DNA of 64,000 nucleotides. It comes from Amphiscolops sp. MND2022. Taxonomy: Eukaryota. Below, in pieces: positions 1-10,658 of the stretch. The translations under genes and the position numbers were made by a program. The stretch lies in NCBI GenBank assembly GCA_964187785.1, contig OZ076409.1, positions 14,076,001 through 14,140,000 of the forward strand, written 5' to 3'. The notes under the pieces are model-generated. The model searched no databases and was not told the DNA's origin. It saw only the letters and a list, made by a program, of their open reading frames with translations. Position 1 is the first letter of the stretch. Each line of letters starts with the position of its first letter.

Positions 1-918
1 TCGAATTTTTGGGCTTTTTGAGTTTTTCAAGCTCATGCAACTTGGGCAGAACTCGAAACGATGGAATTTTTTATGTGGTATTGCTTCATCCATCCATGTT
101 AGAGACGTTGTTCGAAAAGCCGATTTCATTCCTTATTTCTCCGTCAAAATTTAGCAAAAGTATTTAAAAATTCATGAAATTCAATCTAGGGTTTTTCAAC
201 CTATCAGGACAAAATTTCCCCAATTTAGGGGAAAGTCCAATTTTTACAACAAAATGGAGTGATTTTAGAAAAACCGTGGGAAAATGAAGCGAAGCTTGAG
301 GGTTTTTAAAAACCAGAGCGCTCTTTAAGCGTGCCAGAAAATTTTGAAGAATCAGTCGATTCCGTGAAATACAGCTTCAAGTTTTGTTCACATGATTTTG
401 ATGATTAATGTATTGTCAATAATGTGTAGAGCATGAAATATTTAGTTCAGCACTATCCCACTGTTTTAAAACAGCTAGACACTTTCTTTCCTCGACCATC
501 TATGCATGAAAGCAAAGTAAACACAACTTAATGGAAGTGGGAAAGGTTTCCAAATTTTCTTTTGAATTATGTATTCTATGGTGAACAAGAAAGAAAATCG
601 AAAACATCCAAGATATTTTCCACTTCATTGTTTCAACGTAAAAATGATCGGAAAATTTTTTCAATGTTTCTGAAATATTCTTGTAGCCAATTCTATACGG
701 TGCAAAAAAGGTTATAGTAGTTTTTATGAAGTCACTTCATGTCATAATTTCGTTGTCACAATTTGAATCAAAAGTTGAATCATTACGTGTGACCGAAGTT
801 CAATACATGAATAAATTCATGTACGGTAAAGTTTCCTATTTACGTCTCAATATTTTAAATTGTACTTACCTCATACGCTTGTCATTCACGAGGACTTGTG
901 TTCAAATCGTTATTTGAA

Positions 919-1455
919 ACAAGCCGGGAACGGCCCAAGTCGGCGCCATATCTAAGGCTCAAAAACAGCAAAAGGACTTCAAAGTGTCAAAGTATTCTCT
1001 TCTACGGTACCGGAAAAACCCAAAAGTTGAACCGAATTGGCGCACCAGAGGGGACACTTTGAGATTTTTCATCCATTCTGTCCCAAATCAAAAAAAATGA
1101 AGGAGGGGCACTTTTGGTTAAAAAAAAATTTTGAAAAAAAGTCTCACAATGCCGAAAAAATTGAAAGGGGGGACCCTTTGGGATTTTTCAACATCCGTTC
1201 TGTCGGAAAACTCCCAAAAAATTGAAGGGGGGACCCTTTGGGGATATTTTTTTTTCGAAAAGTCTCACAGCGCCGAAAATACTCTAAGGCAGTACCCTTT
1301 GGTCCCTTTGAGTTTCTTAGATGATGTAAAAATACTACTTCGCAAGCTTTTGCGCCAGTATTTTAAATTTGCTAAGTAAGAATTGTAAGGATTTTAAGAT
1401 TGTAAGAATTGTAAGAAAAGTGGACCTTTCAGTGTGAGGATTGTAGTCTGAAGAA
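919..1455 (-). mobile_element. HINE (Helentron-associated, DINE-1-like) family 1, copy A; 3' end present, 5' terminus missing
   Basis: + strand begins ACAAG, then hairpin GCCG-GGAA-CGGC, subTIR AGTCGGCGC and ATATCTAAGGCTCAAAA; internal repeats of GTCTCACAATGCCGAAAA...GGGGACCCTTTGGGA; abuts the 3' end of copy B at 1456. Confidence 0.8.
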
Positions 1456-1942
1456 ACAAGACGAGAACGTCTAAAGTCGGCGCCATATCTAAGGCTCAAA
1501 AAGCGCAAAACATTTTTTTTGGAAAAAAAACTTGTAATTTTTGAAAAAAAAATTCTTTCAAAAAAAGTCGCATAGTACCGAAAAATGTAGAAGGGGGGAC
1601 CCTTTGGGATTGATTAACATACATTCAGTTGCAAAATTTGAGAAAACTCGAAGGGGGGCCCTTTTGAGACATTAAAATATTTTCGAAAAAAAAGTCTCAC
1701 AGAGCCGAAAATACTGTAAGGAGGGCGTACCCTTTGGCCCCGTTGAGTTTCTTAGATGATGTAAAAATACTACTTCGCAAGCTTTTGCGCCAGTACTTTA
1801 AATTTGCTAAGTAAGAATTGTAAGATTTCAAGATTGTAAGAATTGTAAGAAAAGTGGACCTTTCAGTGTGAGGCTGAAGAAAAAAAAGGTCACTGCTATA
1901 GTCGGGCATTTTTCCTTAAAAGGATAAAGCGCCGATTAAAAA
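1456..1942 (-). mobile_element. HINE family 1, copy B, complete
   Basis: ACAAG-ACGAGAACGTCT hairpin and AGTCGGCGC subTIR at left; TAGTCGGGC...GCGCCGATTAAAAA terminal inverted pair at right; both ends in A/T tracts, no TSD seen. Confidence 0.85.
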
Positions 1943-3491
1943 TAGCTTAATTCGATAAACTCACTTAACATTTCCACAAGTATTGTTCTCGTGTCTTTTT
2001 TATGAGCATAGAAGTACTACTTTCAAACTTATATAGGATCGCACAGTTGCGTAACTGTATTCATACAGGCGATGTTTGACAACGTGTCCTGTAGATAACT
2101 AGCATCTTGACGTGAATTAGTTTTGCTTCCTATTTTCTTTGAAGATTTACGCTTTTGAAACAAAAGTACCAGTTGCATTAGTGATTTCAATTAAACAATT
2201 ATCCCTTATACGTAGCATAGAAACAATAGCGCGATCAATCCATTACGCACAGTACTCGTTTAAAGTTCAGACAAATTGTCAACGGCTAAAATCATGCTTA
2301 CAAAAGACTGTTTGCAATACAACAATAAACAAGTGAGAACGATGTCATAAACAAAACTTAACTTTTAAAAAATATATGCTTGAATCGAATTCAATTAATT
2401 CAACAATGTGCTGCTTTAGAATCAATGTTTTCAATTCGGAATGTGATTAAACTGCATGGAAATTGAGAACAATGGCCAAATGGTAGTGCAACAACTTGTC
2501 ACTATTGGCCTTTGAGATCACATCTACCCCTTTGCCAATTTTTTTTACGACAATGGAACCATTTTTTCCGGGTCTGGGCGAAAACAGAGCTGGAACGAGT
2601 GGGGAGAAAAACATAAAAATGGAAACGCCCTGCCTCTATGACAAACTCTTTGCTCTCGAATCGCACTGTGTGGGGACAAAAAGGGACAAAATTGAAAGAT
2701 GCATTTGTTTACCATTACGTTATATTAATACACAGCAGCGTTTATGGGGCGATAGACTTTTTTAATGAGGTCAACACGCTGTCCACACTGAAGTGTGGTT
2801 AAAAAATGTGCCTCGAAAAAATTGTAAACATCCCAGAAATATTGGTGTGATATCTCGATTGTTTCTATCAAATGAAACGTTATGAGATTCAAATTCATCG
2901 TTAATCTTTCTAAGTTTAAAATCTGAAACACACTCATCGAGATAGAAATAGGCGAGAAGTTCTCTGAAGACGGCAAATACCTTCCATTAATGCTGTGTTT
3001 TATTTGTTTTCACGACAACGAACACGCAGAGCACCGCCTTTGTTGACCAAACTTGTCAATAGTTATGCAATTTGTTTTGGTTGGGAATCGTTTGAAGGTT
3101 CTGTCAACAAGAGACAATCTAATGCAACCTAACGGTGTTTTCCGTCTGTTGAGGATAAAAATAATACCTAAATTACTGCAACTAAAGGAGACGATTAGAC
3201 GGAAAAACGATTGGATGTCAGGATTTTCCAGTTGGTATGCCGGCTTCTGGAGGGTTCAAGAGTATTGGCAATTGTACTCTTTGTCGTCGTTGATACTTCC
3301 CACTTATCATGTCCGAAGGGCGAAACAGTAGTTACTTCGACGACGATTTCTTGAAGGACTTTTCCTTCCAGCTCAGCCCCCTGTTTAGGCGTTGATATTT
3401 AGTATCAGAACAACGACCATTTTCTCGTCGGCAAAATCGATGCAGCTACTTTTAGGGTTTTTTCACTTCAGGTAAAGTACATAATGAGGTA

Positions 3492-3668
3492 CAGTTTATT
3501 TCAGTATTACACACCTCGTTGGGAGAAAACGCTCAAGTACGTTATTCTGAAGTGTGTGTTATAAGCGAAAAAGACCAAATGATGAAAACCAAACACGGGG
3601 GCACAAAATATGTGCGTTATTCTGAAGGTTACACTATAGTGCACGTGTGTGATACTGAAGTTAAACTG
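3492..3668. mobile_element. pogo/Tc1-mariner-type MITE, 177 bp
   Basis: TA|CAGTTTA-TTTCAGTATTACACAC ... GTGTGTGATACTGAAGTTAAACTG|TA: ~24-bp imperfect TIRs flanked by TA on both sides. Confidence 0.8.
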
Positions 3669-4052
3669 TATATATTTCTTGCGGAAACGTGTTGCGGTCC
3701 TAGAATTTTTTTCTTGTTTACTTTGACGATGAAATGCACTTCAACAAGCACTTTGGATATCGTTACACTGTGTAATGGTCGATAATTTGTAGATTAAATT
3801 GACAATTATCAGATTAGTTATGTTAGTTGGGTGGTACTTTCACACGTAGCTTGATGAAATTAGAACATTGAAACAAAATACCTACTTTCGATTTTATCTA
3901 ACAGAAGTTTGATTTCTAGATTCAATTTTTACTCTTAAAGAATTTAATTTGCTTCTGGTTCATCATACATTCGTACATAAAAGGGCTTCGCTTTCCGATT
4001 CTGGACTATTCGATTTAAGACAAGCTACCCAAAAAAGTCAATTTTCCTATTA

Positions 4053-4140
4053 CCCTGGTTTGGACGCCGAATGAGCATTTCTGCTTTTCTAAATCGGCGT
4101 CCTTATCGGATACTATATTTCCATAGCAACCAATGGTACC
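4053..4140 (+). repeat. Dispersed repeat fragment, second copy at ~23261-23345
   Basis: TGGACGCCGAA..GCA.TTCTGCTTTTCTAA.T.GGCG....TCG.ATACTAT shared between the two sites. Confidence 0.55.
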
Positions 4141-4230
4141 ATAATTGCAGCCAAATTGTCAAGCAATGGCCGGGCCGACTTGAACCTGTGGATTCAAAGT
4201 GACTTCCTTGAAGTTCTTCTCTATTTTGAT

Positions 4231-4690
4231 CAACACGGGAACGGCTAAAGTCGTCGCAATACCTAAGACTTATATGAAAATGGTTTTAAAATATGCAAAG
4301 AACGTTTTTTTGAAATACTCAGAAAACAGTTTTGAAACACCCGAAGGGTGCCTTTCCCGCTGAGAAAACGTTTCAGAAGCTCGGATACAGCGTGCTGAGA
4401 CAAATGCGAGCGCTTCTTTGGAACCTCCGCCTCCTTCTTAGTAAAACGCAATATAGTTTGGATATTACATCAAAAATTCGGATAATATTGCAAAAAATTG
4501 TTGGTGGATATTTATCGAGAGAACCTATTATCAGACGAAAAAGAGAATTTTCAACAGTCTCATAGTCCCGAAAGAAGTAAAACGGGGACACTTTGGGAAT
4601 TTCAAACATCCGCTCAGTTGCAAAAGATCAAAAGAATGAAAGGAGACGCTTTGGGGACATTAAAAAGTTATCGGAAAAGGCTTCTTCTGA
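4231..4690 (-). mobile_element. HINE family 1, degenerate copy C
   Basis: CAACACGGGAACGGCTAAAGTCGTCGCAATACCTAAGACT is a diverged 3' end; internal AGTCTCATAGTCCCGAAA...GGGGACACTTTGGGA motifs; right boundary approximate. Confidence 0.6.
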
Positions 4691-4814
4691 AAACTATATT
4701 GGTGACTGATTGCAATTATGGAGTGAAATTCGAGAGAAAGATGGAGTTTAAATGAGTTTACTTACAACTCTTTCACCTGCTCCACTTAATATTCTGGAAT
4801 ATTCTGTAGCTCAG

Positions 4815-4996
4815 TGTTATATACTCGATAAAAGGTTTGAAGTAGGATGCTCAAGTTAAGAATGTGTAAATAATGTAACATACAAAGTGTCACTGTCTTC
4901 AACGTAAGGTTAGCATCAAAATGAATATAGTCTAGAGGGCAATGTAAGTTCATTGGCAGGTACCTAATTACTGTTGTCTAGACTATTCTCTCTTCA
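4815..4996 (-). repeat. 3' LTR (182 bp)
   Basis: TGTTATATACTCG...CTATTCTCTCTTCA, identical by eye to 10477-10658. Confidence 0.97.
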
Positions 4997-5009
4997 TTCC
5001 CCCCTCCTC
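4997..5009 (-). other. Polypurine tract
   Basis: GAGGAGGGGGGAA on the - strand immediately before the 3' LTR. Confidence 0.9.
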
Positions 5010-5142
5010 GGGATTGGTGAGAGCGACCTCAGTTCTCGCCGGGTTTCTTGTTAGTTCCCGTCTTTGTTGTGTTCTTTGGGCTGCGGCGGGAGACGTTGGC
5101 TTTTCCGATGTTCTTTGACTTTGGATCTAAATTCAGATTTTG

Positions 5143-8100
5143 TTAGAAATATTCTATTCCTCCCATTTTTACTACTCTTTTTGCAGATTTTATTCTATCT
5201 GATCTGCGGATCCCTTTTTCTACCACCTTGTTTTCTATATTTTCCCACCCGTCTAAATTAAGTTCTACTACACCTCTATTTGGTGACGTGTGTATTTTTT
5301 GTGGCGATCCAGTAGGGGTGTTGTCGAAGTCCTTAGCAGTACGCTTTGTTTTCTCCGTGCTGCAGTCCACTGGTGGAGATATGGCGGGAGTTTCGTTATC
5401 TCGAGTCTCTTCTGTTGGTTTCACGGCATCGTCGTATTTGATTTCGGCTGTAATGGTTAGCTCCGGATCAATGTTTGCCGTGCTCGGTAATTCATCCGCG
5501 TGTGATGACTGGCTGTCGGATATTACCGTGATATCCGGTCGTGCTTCGGACCTTTCAATTGGCATTGTGGGGATGGTTTTATCTGCGCTCGTCGATTGTC
5601 CCTGTTGTTCGGAACGGATTCTTTTGTGGGTGTCACATAGATCATCGTGACTGAATCGGCCGCATCTGGTGCATCTGTTGGTGGGTTTCCTCGGCTCTTC
5701 TGTTTTCTTTGCTGGCTGAAATTTAAAGGGGTTAGATGCTAGTTTTTTGTGGATAACCTTTCCATCGGTTGTGGTTATCGTATGTTTAGTCTCATTAGCT
5801 GCGGTTAAAATTTTATTGGTTTTGAACCTGCATTTCATTGCATTGGGCTTGGTTTCCTTTTCAAAAAATTGGTAACTTTTGAAATTGTCTCTTACCGATC
5901 TACCCCTCTTCCTTGATTCATTGAGGACCAAAGAATCTGCGAGTTCCCCGTCGGAATCGTGGACTGTAAAAACTTGTAGCTCCGCCGGTTGTGCTAAAAA
6001 ATAATTGGTTAATGTTTTCTTCCAGTCCGCTAATAGGCAGGTGGGTTGTCCAATCAGATTGGTGATCGGTGTGCGCGGTTTTCGTCCGTGGTGTAATTGA
6101 AAGGGAGTCATTTTCAGTATGTTGTGTGGTGTTTGTCTAATTGTTTTAATTGCCCTTGCGACGCTTTCTTCAAAAGTTAGGCCGTCTTCTAAATTGGCTC
6201 TTGTTAATGACTTAATTGTGCGTATTGTTCTCTCGACCAATCCGTTTCCCGTATGTAAATTCGGGGTACACCTAATTCGTTTAATGTTTTCACCGTTGCA
6301 GTAATCTTTAAACTCGTTGCTTTTAAAACAGCTACCGTTGTCGGTGCGTATCGTTTTCGGTGTTCCGTTGTCGGTGCAGTATTTTGTTAAAAACTTTATT
6401 ACGGTCCGAGAGTCCGTATTTTTGCAAGTTTGTGCGGTTGGCCATTTGCTAAAACGGTCGATGGCTACTAAAATGTAAATGTCTCCCCGCGATTTTGATT
6501 TGATTGGACCGGCGAAGTCCAATTGAATTTCTTGGCCGGGTTCGGTTAAAAGTTCGAGCCTATTTATTTCCGTTTGCGGTAGTTGTGTTTTTAGATTCTT
6601 ACCTGCTACTCGGCAACTGGGGCAGTTTTCTGCCTTTTCTCTAATGTCCCGATGTAGTCCCGGCCACCAAAATGCTTCTGCTGATTTGTCCATTTTGTTA
6701 ATCGAGACATGGCCGCTGTGTAGCATGGCAATTATGGTTGACCGCATTGCTTCTGGGATGACGATTCTATCATTGTAGAATAGTAGTCCAAATCTGGTCT
6801 CCAGATGTTCACGGTGTGGTCGGTATGGGTAGAAGATACCGTCTCTTTTTCCAGCTTCTAGCGCGATGATTGCGTCAAGTATTTTAGTGTCCTGCGCAGT
6901 TTCCTCAACTAGTAGAGGTAAATCCATGGAAAAGTCTCTTTCGGCTCTTCTGATCGTTTCGGCTGTTTTCTCGTTTCGTTCTTCTGGCAGGACATTTCGC
7001 TTCGCTGTTTGTTTCAATCTGATAAGATTGATGCTCTCATGCTTTTTGAACTTTTTGAGGATATTTGTTGGGCACTTTTCGGTTTTTACGTGGCTAATCT
7101 GGCTTTCATTGTCTGACGAGGTGTTTATCCAAGACTCGTGTAGGTTTTCGTTAAATTCCCTGAGTGGGGTGGTCCCGAGTTTCTCGCAATGGTAAAAGAA
7201 TCTATTGTAAATCAAGATGTTTAATTTCTCAATTTCTTTTCGATCTTGTTGGGAAGGACGATATTCCAATATCCGCTCGTTGTCCTTGCCTTTTTCCACA
7301 ATTCTGGTTCGATTTGGTTGAAGAAGTTTAAATCGTTCGGTCCGTAGACGGCTAGTTTCTGGGGAGTGTCCCCGTTTTTTGAATATAAACTGGAAATCGA
7401 TTCCGTTTACTTTATCCATCTTTGACATTTTCGGTGCTTGCGAATCAAAGTTTGAATTGTTTGGTGAGTCAATATCTTTTTGCGGTGAGAAAGTTTGGAT
7501 TGAATGTTCGCGGTCGTTTTGTTTGCGTACTTGCGTTCTGCGTTCTGATTGGTCGGAATTCTTTACCGGTGGTGGTCGTCGCATATGTTGCGTAATACTG
7601 CCGTTCGTACGATTGAGCTCGAATAGGCCGTATATCTGATTGATTACGAATTCCTCTTCGGCTTCGCTTTCATCGCCTTCGTGTGGCGTTTCCGTTTCGT
7701 GTTCGTGTATGATCGGATGACGGCTTAAGTAATCTGTTAACGGAATGTTTTTACCAGCGATGTATTGCACGTTGACATCGAAATGGCTCAATCGGTCAAG
7801 CCACCGTGTTAATCTTGCGCTGTATTGTTTGTGTGCCCTGTTTCGCTTTAGCAGTGGTTGTAGTGCCTGGTGGTCGGTCAAAAGGTTTACTTTTTTTCCG
7901 TAAACGTAATATCTGAAATATTCGAGGCCCCACAAGACGCCTAGCAATTCTAGTTCATTTATGGCATATTTTCGTTCACATTCGGTGAGAAATCGGCTGG
8001 CAAACGCCACCGGTCTGAATGTTTCGTTTTCTTTCTGCCATAGGGTTGCCCCTAATCCAGTATTACAGGCGTCGGTGGTTATGAAATTATCTTTCTTTGG

Positions 8101-9630
8101 GTCGAAGTGTGCTAGACATGGTGTTTCGGTTATTTCCTTTTTTAGTTGTTCAAAATCATCGTTTATTTCTTTCGTCCATTCCCATTTTACGTCTTTCTTG
8201 AGTAGTTTTCTCATTCTGTCAGTCTTTTTAGACAAGTTGTTCAAAAATTTTGATAAATGTTGTATTGAGCCCAGAAATGATTTTAGCTCTTTTGTGTTTG
8301 TGGGGGCTTTTAATTTTGTTATAGCCTCGGTTTTATCTTTAATTGGCTTTACCCCTTCTTGGTTTATCAAGTACCCTAACCAGGTTAGCTCTTTTTTGAA
8401 CAGTTCTGTTTTTCTTTCACTCGCTCGGTAACCGGCTTCTTGCAATTTTATTAGAACTTCGCGTAGTTCCCGATCGTGTTCTTCTATCGTTCCGTTTGTG
8501 ACGCAAATGTTGTCATCTAACCATACCGGCGTTTTAAATTCTAGGACCTTATCTATATGTTCTTGAAATACCGTTGGTATGTCAGATAGGCCGTAGAATC
8601 CCTTCTTGAACCGGCAGTGTCCCGTGAAATCGCCGCCAATGATGGAGAACACGCAATGTCTTGATGCTTCTGCGGATAGTTTGGCCTGTCCATATGCATA
8701 ATCTAAATCAATCTTGGACATCCAAATTTCGCCGTTATTTTGTGTAATTTTTGCGGAAATTTGACTGATTAGTTCCTCCATATTTGGCATTGTTGCTTTT
8801 CTTTTTATGCAAGATTCGTTTAGTTTCCGGGAGTCTAGTGCAATTTTTACTGATTTGTCTTTTTTGATTGTTATAACGGCTGGTGAGACAAAGCAGTTTT
8901 CAGTTGTTTTATCAGCTTTTTCCAAATGTCCTTTTTCGATTAATTTTTCTAATTCTTTTTTCACGATTTTTTGAAAATGTATTGGTACTGGTCTCCCCTT
9001 TTGTTGTATCGGTTTTGCGTCTTTTTTCAATTGAATGTCTATGGTTAAGTTTTTTATGGTGTGATTGTTTTTGAAAAGGTCCTCGAATTCTTTAAAAATT
9101 TTCTCACCTTTTTCGTTTGTGGTTATGCTCCTGATGATGTTTGTTTCGTGGCTTCCTTGCAAGCCGATTTCCAATTTATCTAGCCAATCCAATCCCAGCA
9201 GGGGTTGTGTATTCTTTTTCTCGGTTATTAGGATTGGCAACATCACTTTTGTTTTCTCTGTTTTGACCTCAACTATTGCTTCGCCTTTGAATTCTATCGG
9301 GTTTTTGTTTACGTCCACGAAACACTTTGAAGTCGCTTTCATTTGTTTTGGAGTGATAATTGGTGGGATAATCGTTACTGGAGAGCCGGTGTCAATTATG
9401 AATTCAATTGGTTGTCCGTCCACCAATAGGATGGCTTTGTAGAAGTCTACTCGATTTATGCCGTTGACGGACTGAATGTGGTCAATTTCTGGCCATGATT
9501 CCGTGTTGCTACCGGTATCTTCCTCTTGTATCCGGTTTACGGTTCTTGATCGGCAGACCTTTGCAAAATGACCGGACTTCTTACAGTTGTTACATTTTGC
9601 CTTCCGTGCTGGGCAAGTGTGGTCGGGTGT
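5143..9630 (-). CDS. pol: Gypsy polyprotein downstream of the TAG: rest of the zinc knuckles, aspartic protease, RT, RNase H, integrase
   Basis: Same frame as gag. Motifs CNNCKKSGHFAKVC; IDTGS (DTG 9385-9393); KIDLDYAY and WLDD (8512-8523); TTDAC, NELELL, TDHQAL, DYLSR; H-SGH...CPSC; QLDF, RTDNG, GLVER. Confidence 0.93.
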   Translation of the reverse strand, partial: TPDHTCPARKAKCNNCKKSGHFAKVCRSRTVNRIQEEDTGSNTESWPEIDHIQSVNGINRVDFYKAILLVDGQPIEFIIDTGSPVTIIPPIITPKQMKATSKCFVDVNKNPIEFKGEAIVEVKTEKTKVMLPILITEKKNTQPLLGLDWLDKLEIGLQGSHETNIIRSITTNEKGEKIFKEFEDLFKNNHTIKNLTIDIQLKKDAKPIQQKGRPVPIHFQKIVKKELEKLIEKGHLEKADKTTENCFVSPAVITIKKDKSVKIALDSRKLNESCIKRKATMPNMEELISQISAKITQNNGEIWMSKIDLDYAYGQAKLSAEASRHCVFSIIGGDFTGHCRFKKGFYGLSDIPTVFQEHIDKVLEFKTPVWLDDNICVTNGTIEEHDRELREVLIKLQEAGYRASERKTELFKKELTWLGYLINQEGVKPIKDKTEAITKLKAPTNTKELKSFLGSIQHLSKFLNNLSKKTDRMRKLLKKDVKWEWTKEINDDFEQLKKEITETPCLAHFDPKKDNFITTDACNTGLGATLWQKENETFRPVAFASRFLTECERKYAINELELLGVLWGLEYFRYYVYGKKVNLLTDHQALQPLLKRNRAHKQYSARLTRWLDRLSHFDVNVQYIAGKNIPLTDYLSRHPIIHEHETETPHEGDESEAEEEFVINQIYGLFELNRTNGSITQHMRRPPPVKNSDQSERRTQVRKQNDREHSIQTFSPQKDIDSPNNSNFDSQAPKMSKMDKVNGIDFQFIFKKRGHSPETSRLRTERFKLLQPNRTRIVEKGKDNERILEYRPSQQDRKEIEKLNILIYNRFFYHCEKLGTTPLREFNENLHESWINTSSDNESQISHVKTEKCPTNILKKFKKHESINLIRLKQTAKRNVLPEERNEKTAETIRRAERDFSMDLPLLVEETAQDTKILDAIIALEAGKRDGIFYPYRPHREHLETRFGLLFYNDRIVIPEAMRSTIIAMLHSGHVSINKMDKSAEAFWWPGLHRDIREKAENCPSCRVAGKNLKTQLPQTEINRLELLTEPGQEIQLDFAGPIKSKSRGDIYILVAIDRFSKWPTAQTCKNTDSRTVIKFLTKYCTDNGTPKTIRTDNGSCFKSNEFKDYCNGENIKRIRCTPNLHTGNGLVERTIRTIKSLTRANLEDGLTFEESVARAIKTIRQTPHNILKMTPFQLHHGRKPRTPITNLIGQPTCLLADWKKTLTNYFLAQPAELQVFTVHDSDGELADSLVLNESRKRGRSVRDNFKSYQFFEKETKPNAMKCRFKTNKILTAANETKHTITTTDGKVIHKKLASNPFKFQPAKKTEEPRKPTNRCTRCGRFSHDDLCDTHKRIRSEQQGQSTSADKTIPTMPIERSEARPDITVISDSQSSHADELPSTANIDPELTITAEIKYDDAVKPTEETRDNETPAISPPVDCSTEKTKRTAKDFDNTPTGSPQKIHTSPNRGVVELNLDGWENIENKVVEKGIRRSDRIKSAKRVVKMGGIEYF

Positions 9631-10437
9631 CTAGTTGGATTTTCCGCAGAAGTGGCAATTCCGCTCCGTGTTTCTCTTTTTAGCCGTGAACGTGGCCTTC
9701 TTCTTCGTTGCGGGTTTTGTGTATCCGACCTGTTCCTCGTCTGATGTGCTTTCGGATGGGTTTTTCCGCTGTCTCTTGGAGGTTGTTTGTTTGTCTCCAT
9801 ATTTACGGTTATAGTTGTCCAGCTCAATGGTCTCCAATATCAGTGATAATTTCAGTGGGCCTTTGATGAATTTATCTCGGGCTTTTTTATCGTTTATGGT
9901 TGCTGCAAATTTGTATGAAATGATGTCTTCGGGTGTGATGGTGTTAAATTCGCACTTTCTTTCAATGTCTACCAGCCTCTTCCAGTACTCGTCTAGGGTT
10001 TCGCCATCTTCTTGCTTGATATTAAAGAATTGGGCCCGGCTGTGGAATACATTCCTGGTTGGTAGGAAGGTCTTTTTGAATAGTTTCAACAACTCTTGGA
10101 GACTAATATCTTTAAGTTCCTTTCCCCATTGACCTCTCATGATTTCGTGCTTTGCTTTTGGGCCCAGTGCCCATATAACATCACCTTTGATGTGATAGGT
10201 TGTATGAGGGTCCATGGAGTCCGTCCCTTGTTCCATCAGCTCGTCCAGTTTTTTTTGGTATGTCAAATCTATGTATTCGGATATTTGTTCCCACCACATT
10301 TTGGGATTGGCTTTTGATAGGTCAGTTTCTCTATACGATAAGATCGGGATCTTGTACTTGTTTCTTTCAGTCCTTTCGACTGTTGTTTGGTTGACCGCCG
10401 TTGGGTCGGTTTCGTTGTTGTTGTTCGTATTTTCCAT
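9631..10437 (-). CDS. gag: Gypsy gag (capsid-like region and start of nucleocapsid), ends at an in-frame TAG
   Basis: RAQFFNIKQEDGETLDEYWKRL...CEF is typical of retrotransposon gag; ends CHFCGKSN* in the middle of a zinc knuckle. Confidence 0.9.
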   Translation of the reverse strand: MENTNNNNETDPTAVNQTTVERTERNKYKIPILSYRETDLSKANPKMWWEQISEYIDLTYQKKLDELMEQGTDSMDPHTTYHIKGDVIWALGPKAKHEIMRGQWGKELKDISLQELLKLFKKTFLPTRNVFHSRAQFFNIKQEDGETLDEYWKRLVDIERKCEFNTITPEDIISYKFAATINDKKARDKFIKGPLKLSLILETIELDNYNRKYGDKQTTSKRQRKNPSESTSDEEQVGYTKPATKKKATFTAKKRNTERNCHFCGKSN

Positions 10438-10466
10438 CGGTTTTCTTCTCTTGTTCGTACTTCTAT

Positions 10467-10476
10467 GACTGCGCCA
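10467..10476 (-). other. Primer binding site, tRNA-Ser type
   Basis: TGGCGCAGTC directly after the 5' LTR, complementary to the ...GACTGCG-CCA end of invertebrate tRNA-Ser; only 10 nt match. Confidence 0.75.
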
Positions 10477-10658
10477 TGTTATATACTCGATAAAAGGTTT
10501 GAAGTAGGATGCTCAAGTTAAGAATGTGTAAATAATGTAACATACAAAGTGTCACTGTCTTCAACGTAAGGTTAGCATCAAAATGAATATAGTCTAGAGG
10601 GCAATGTAAGTTCATTGGCAGGTACCTAATTACTGTTGTCTAGACTATTCTCTCTTCA
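10477..10658 (-). repeat. 5' LTR (182 bp)
   Basis: Identical by eye to 4815-4996; followed by TSD CTCAG. Confidence 0.97.

Larger units (their letters stand above)
4815..10658 (-). mobile_element. Full-length Ty3/Gypsy LTR retrotransposon (Mag-like), 5844 bp
   Basis: Two identical 182-bp TG...CA LTRs, 5-bp TSD CTCAG (4810-4814 and 10659-10663), PBS, PPT, and domain order gag-PR-RT-RH-IN. Confidence 0.97.

Noticed and set aside
726..4755. Short ORFs in and around HINE copies (also 14006, 29398, 45510, 47695, 49924)
   Set aside because: Lys/Phe-rich translations of A/T-tract repeats, not conserved in frame between copies.
5228..10468. + strand ORFs of 60-156 aa inside the Gypsy element
   Set aside because: Antisense shadows of gag-pol codon usage with no recognisable motifs.
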